Assembly (NCBI GenBank): GCA_963833985.1
Contig: CAWIAD010000002.1
Span: 2,048,001 to 2,112,000, forward strand
Length of the DNA: 64,000 bases
Origin: an uncultured Planctomycetaceae bacterium
Lineage (GTDB): Bacteria; Planctomycetota; Planctomycetia; Isosphaerales; Isosphaeraceae
Reading direction: 5' to 3'
Shown here: positions 61,630 through 64,000 of the stretch, piece by piece
Position numbering within the stretch: the first letter of the stretch is position 1
How the letters are laid out: every line of letters begins with the position of its first letter
Position numbers and translations under genes: made by a program
Notes under the pieces: generated by a model
The model's input: the letters and a program-made list of their open reading frames with translations, nothing else
Database searches by the model: none
What the model was told of the DNA's origin: nothing

Positions 61630-64000
61630 GCTTCACCTCCGGGACGAGCATGAGGACTCCCAGGAGGATGACCTCGGGAGGACGAAGGTCCATAAGCATC
61701 TCGAGACTACGGGACCGCTGCTTGTAGATCCGCAAGACGCCGTCAGCCTCGCTCCGCTGCGAAGGCCGCTGCGAACGATCGCTGCCGAAAGCTGCTAACC
61801 GCTCCGAGGGATCAGTAATCGAGGCCCACTCGGCGGCAGGGGTGTCGAATGTTGCTTCATCAACGTCCGCTCCGAAGAGCTCTCCTTGCCGTGATTGGAC
61901 CGAGTCCACTGAACCAGTGAGCTCCTCGGCACGCTTCTTCAGCCAGTCCTTATGGGCGTGACTCTCGCTCTTGAGGCTCTTGCTGCGTTCGTCAGTGAAC
62001 AGCTCAGCGAGAGGCTTGAATCCTGCCGCAACGGACTTCGTCGCCTTATCCTGGGCCTGCTCGTACCAATCCTTGAAATGCTCCTCCCAGATCCCGGTCG
62101 TCCGGACGGCTTTGCTTGGGTCGGCAAGGGCAGACCATTCCGAAGCAGCGGTCATGAGCACGGTCCCCCCATCCCTGGTCGTTTTCACCGTGAGAACTCG
62201 CTCGAACTCACGACCATTCCGGCTCGAGACCCTTCCCAGGTAGGTGAAGAGCAGTGTTGGTTCCTTCACGTCTGCCTTGGCCACACTCGCTCTCGGATCC
62301 TGATTGGCCGTGCTCATCCCACCGAATGACAGGTTTCGCACGCGATCAAGAGCTCGCCGCACGAGGGGGTGTGCTCGACCCAGATAACCCACTTCGTCCC
62401 CGTTCGGATCGGTGATGATGTCGATGTTGGTCGTGAGTCGGATCAGTCTCTTCTCCGAATCGTAGCCCGGTAACTGGTTGAGCCCATAGGTCCAGGCCGG
62501 AGGGACGCGAAGGGTGAACACGGGCTTGCGAGTGTCCCCTTCGACCAGATCCCCCCCATCGAGTAGCACCGCATCCACGACAAACCTCGCGAGATCCACG
62601 TTCTCGGCCCTGTTCCCCTGTTTCCGGGCTTCTCCGGCCTCCTCGACGAGCGTCGTCTCAGCATTCAAGCCGGCATCTCCGAGCCAGACGTTTGTCTTTG
62701 CAGCCTGCTCGAATCCCTTCAAGCTGCGGTCAATCTCTTCCAGGAGTTCCTTGGTTGCCTCGTCGGCAACAGGAGTTTCCTCTTCGCTCTTGAAGTCGAA
62801 GAGTGTCGGGTCTTCCTTGAAAAGCTTCGCATCATCGTCCATGATCCCCTTCAACAAACGCTCCTGGCCTGCGTCCGTCGACGAAGAGAGCCCCAAGGTG
62901 TTTGGCACAAAGGTGAGCCTGGATCGCATCCGCTCATACTTGGCGATCAGCCGGAGCAGGATGCGGTCTTCAAAGGTCCCCCGCAGGAACAAGTATCGAA
63001 CCATCGGGTCCAGCCGCTGGCCATAGCGGTCGATTCGCCCGTTACGTTGCTCGAGACGGTTCGGGTTGAAGGGCAGCTCCAGGTGGAGCAGGTGGTGGCA
63101 TCGTTGATGGAGGTTCAGGCCCTCCGCAGCGGAATCCGTACTGACGAGGATCAGATTGTCCCGGCTCCGGAATTGCTCGGTGATGGAGCCTCGTGCTTTC
63201 TCTCCATCGAGTCCACTCATGGTCACGACCTGCCCGATCTCCGGAGTGTTATGCAAAGCTTCCGCGAGGGCTCTCTGGCTGTCGACGTACTCCGTGTAGA
63301 TCAGGATGTTCGCCCGGGGCTCGGCTTTGCGAATCTCCGCGATCACGTCCTTGACGCGATCGATCTTCGGGTCCTTGTGCAGGCAGGTTTCAGCCAAGCC
63401 GATCATTTCATCGAGCTTCTCGACGATATCGGAGACTTTGGTTAGCTGACGCGACCCGCTTCTGGTCTCGCGTTGGAGTGCCGCGAGTTGTTGAGCAAGA
63501 TCCTCAGCTTCGAGGAGATTTCGTTCCTGCTCCTCCTCGACGCTCAGGATGCCGAACCGGTCGAGCTTCCTCTGATAATCTCGGAGCGTCTTGATCCTCT
63601 GGCGGCGACTCTCCTGGGCTTCAGCAGTCTCGGAGATGATATGTTGAAACCGTTCGGCGACGACCTGAAGCGTTGACCTCAGGGCCGCGACCGTCGAAAC
63701 GCTCCGTTTGAGAAGCGAGATGAAGGCAAGCACGTCCGCATATCGCTTCGAGCGAAACGCCCGTCTCAATTCCGGTGCGATCAAGTCGAGGAGATTCCGC
63801 TGTAACTCGACGAACTTGCCGTATTTCTTCGGGTCCGGAATGACCGGGGTTGGCTCGACGATGCGATCCCTGAATCGTTGTTCCCCGGTCTGGGGATCGA
63901 TGATGTGCTTTTTCAGTCGCCGGATCACGTGGTTACGGTATCGCTCACCCCGAAGAGATCCGCGACCATCCACGAGTGACGGGTCGAGAAGTTCGCAGAG
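61619..64000 (-). CDS. SNF2-family helicase (DrmD-like), 5'-truncated by the window edge
   Basis: VIRRLK, DPK, IYTEY.D, STDSAAEGLNL and PFNPNRLEQRNGRIDRYGQ; overlaps the MTase start. Confidence 0.88.
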   Translation of the reverse strand, partial: LCELLDPSLVDGRGSLRGERYRNHVIRRLKKHIIDPQTGEQRFRDRIVEPTPVIPDPKKYGKFVELQRNLLDLIAPELRRAFRSKRYADVLAFISLLKRSVSTVAALRSTLQVVAERFQHIISETAEAQESRRQRIKTLRDYQRKLDRFGILSVEEEQERNLLEAEDLAQQLAALQRETRSGSRQLTKVSDIVEKLDEMIGLAETCLHKDPKIDRVKDVIAEIRKAEPRANILIYTEYVDSQRALAEALHNTPEIGQVVTMSGLDGEKARGSITEQFRSRDNLILVSTDSAAEGLNLHQRCHHLLHLELPFNPNRLEQRNGRIDRYGQRLDPMVRYLFLRGTFEDRILLRLIAKYERMRSRLTFVPNTLGLSSSTDAGQERLLKGIMDDDAKLFKEDPTLFDFKSEEETPVADEATKELLEEIDRSLKGFEQAAKTNVWLGDAGLNAETTLVEEAGEARKQGNRAENVDLARFVVDAVLLDGGDLVEGDTRKPVFTLRVPPAWTYGLNQLPGYDSEKRLIRLTTNIDIITDPNGDEVGYLGRAHPLVRRALDRVRNLSFGGMSTANQDPRASVAKADVKEPTLLFTYLGRVSSRNGREFERVLTVKTTRDGGTVLMTAASEWSALADPSKAVRTTGIWEEHFKDWYEQAQDKATKSVAAGFKPLAELFTDERSKSLKSESHAHKDWLKKRAEELTGSVDSVQSRQGELFGADVDEATFDTPAAEWASITDPSERLAAFGSDRSQRPSQRSEADGVLRIYKQRSRSLEMLMDLRPPEVILLGVLMLVPEVKHAS

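Larger units (their letters stand above)
15009..64000. mobile_element. tRNA-Ser-integrated genomic/defence island (continues beyond the window)
   Basis: att fragment at the left end, visible drop in GC and change in codon style, replicon-like and defence gene cargo; no integrase seen inside the window. Confidence 0.8.

Noticed and set aside
42716..64000. Canonical DISARM class I, Druantia or BREX
   Set aside because: No separate DrmA/DrmB/DrmC, no recognisable Dru partners and no PglZ/BrxC in the window

Overview
Bases 1-15008 are GC-rich core chromosome, probably from a planctomycete (Isosphaeraceae-like; inferred from DUF1559, an extended ECF sigma factor and a CRTAC1/ASPIC-UnbV protein). 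This part holds a GTAG-REP tandem array, serA, mscL, an aldehyde dehydrogenase, dusB, a methyltransferase and a ~1.1 kb direct duplication of a Uma2 nuclease gene plus tRNA-Ser(CGA). The second tRNA copy is only a 3' fragment ending at the anticodon stem (14948-15008). It marks the att end of a visibly lower-GC genomic island that runs past the window end (>=49 kb). The left island arm (15-32.7 kb, + strand) looks like a replicon backbone: wHTH protein, AAA+ ATPase, AEP primase-polymerase, several small RHH/HTH regulators with phased upstream repeats, two paralogous unknown proteins, an excisionase-HTH fusion, an HhH-GPD-like protein and an ATP-dependent ligase. The right arm is a defence cluster. 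It has an Azaca-like trio and a divergently transcribed GrpE-like + Hsp70/actin-ATPase pair. It also has a DISARM-related SNF2 / N6-MTase / DUF1998-helicase operon with five genes nested inside: membrane FGE-sulfatase protein, Upf1-like helicase, wHTH protein, GmrSD and a zincin. The best candidates for undescribed systems are the GrpE/Hsp70-NBD pair and the TM-FGE + Upf1 helicase + wHTH trio. All calls come from reading motifs by eye; no searches were run.
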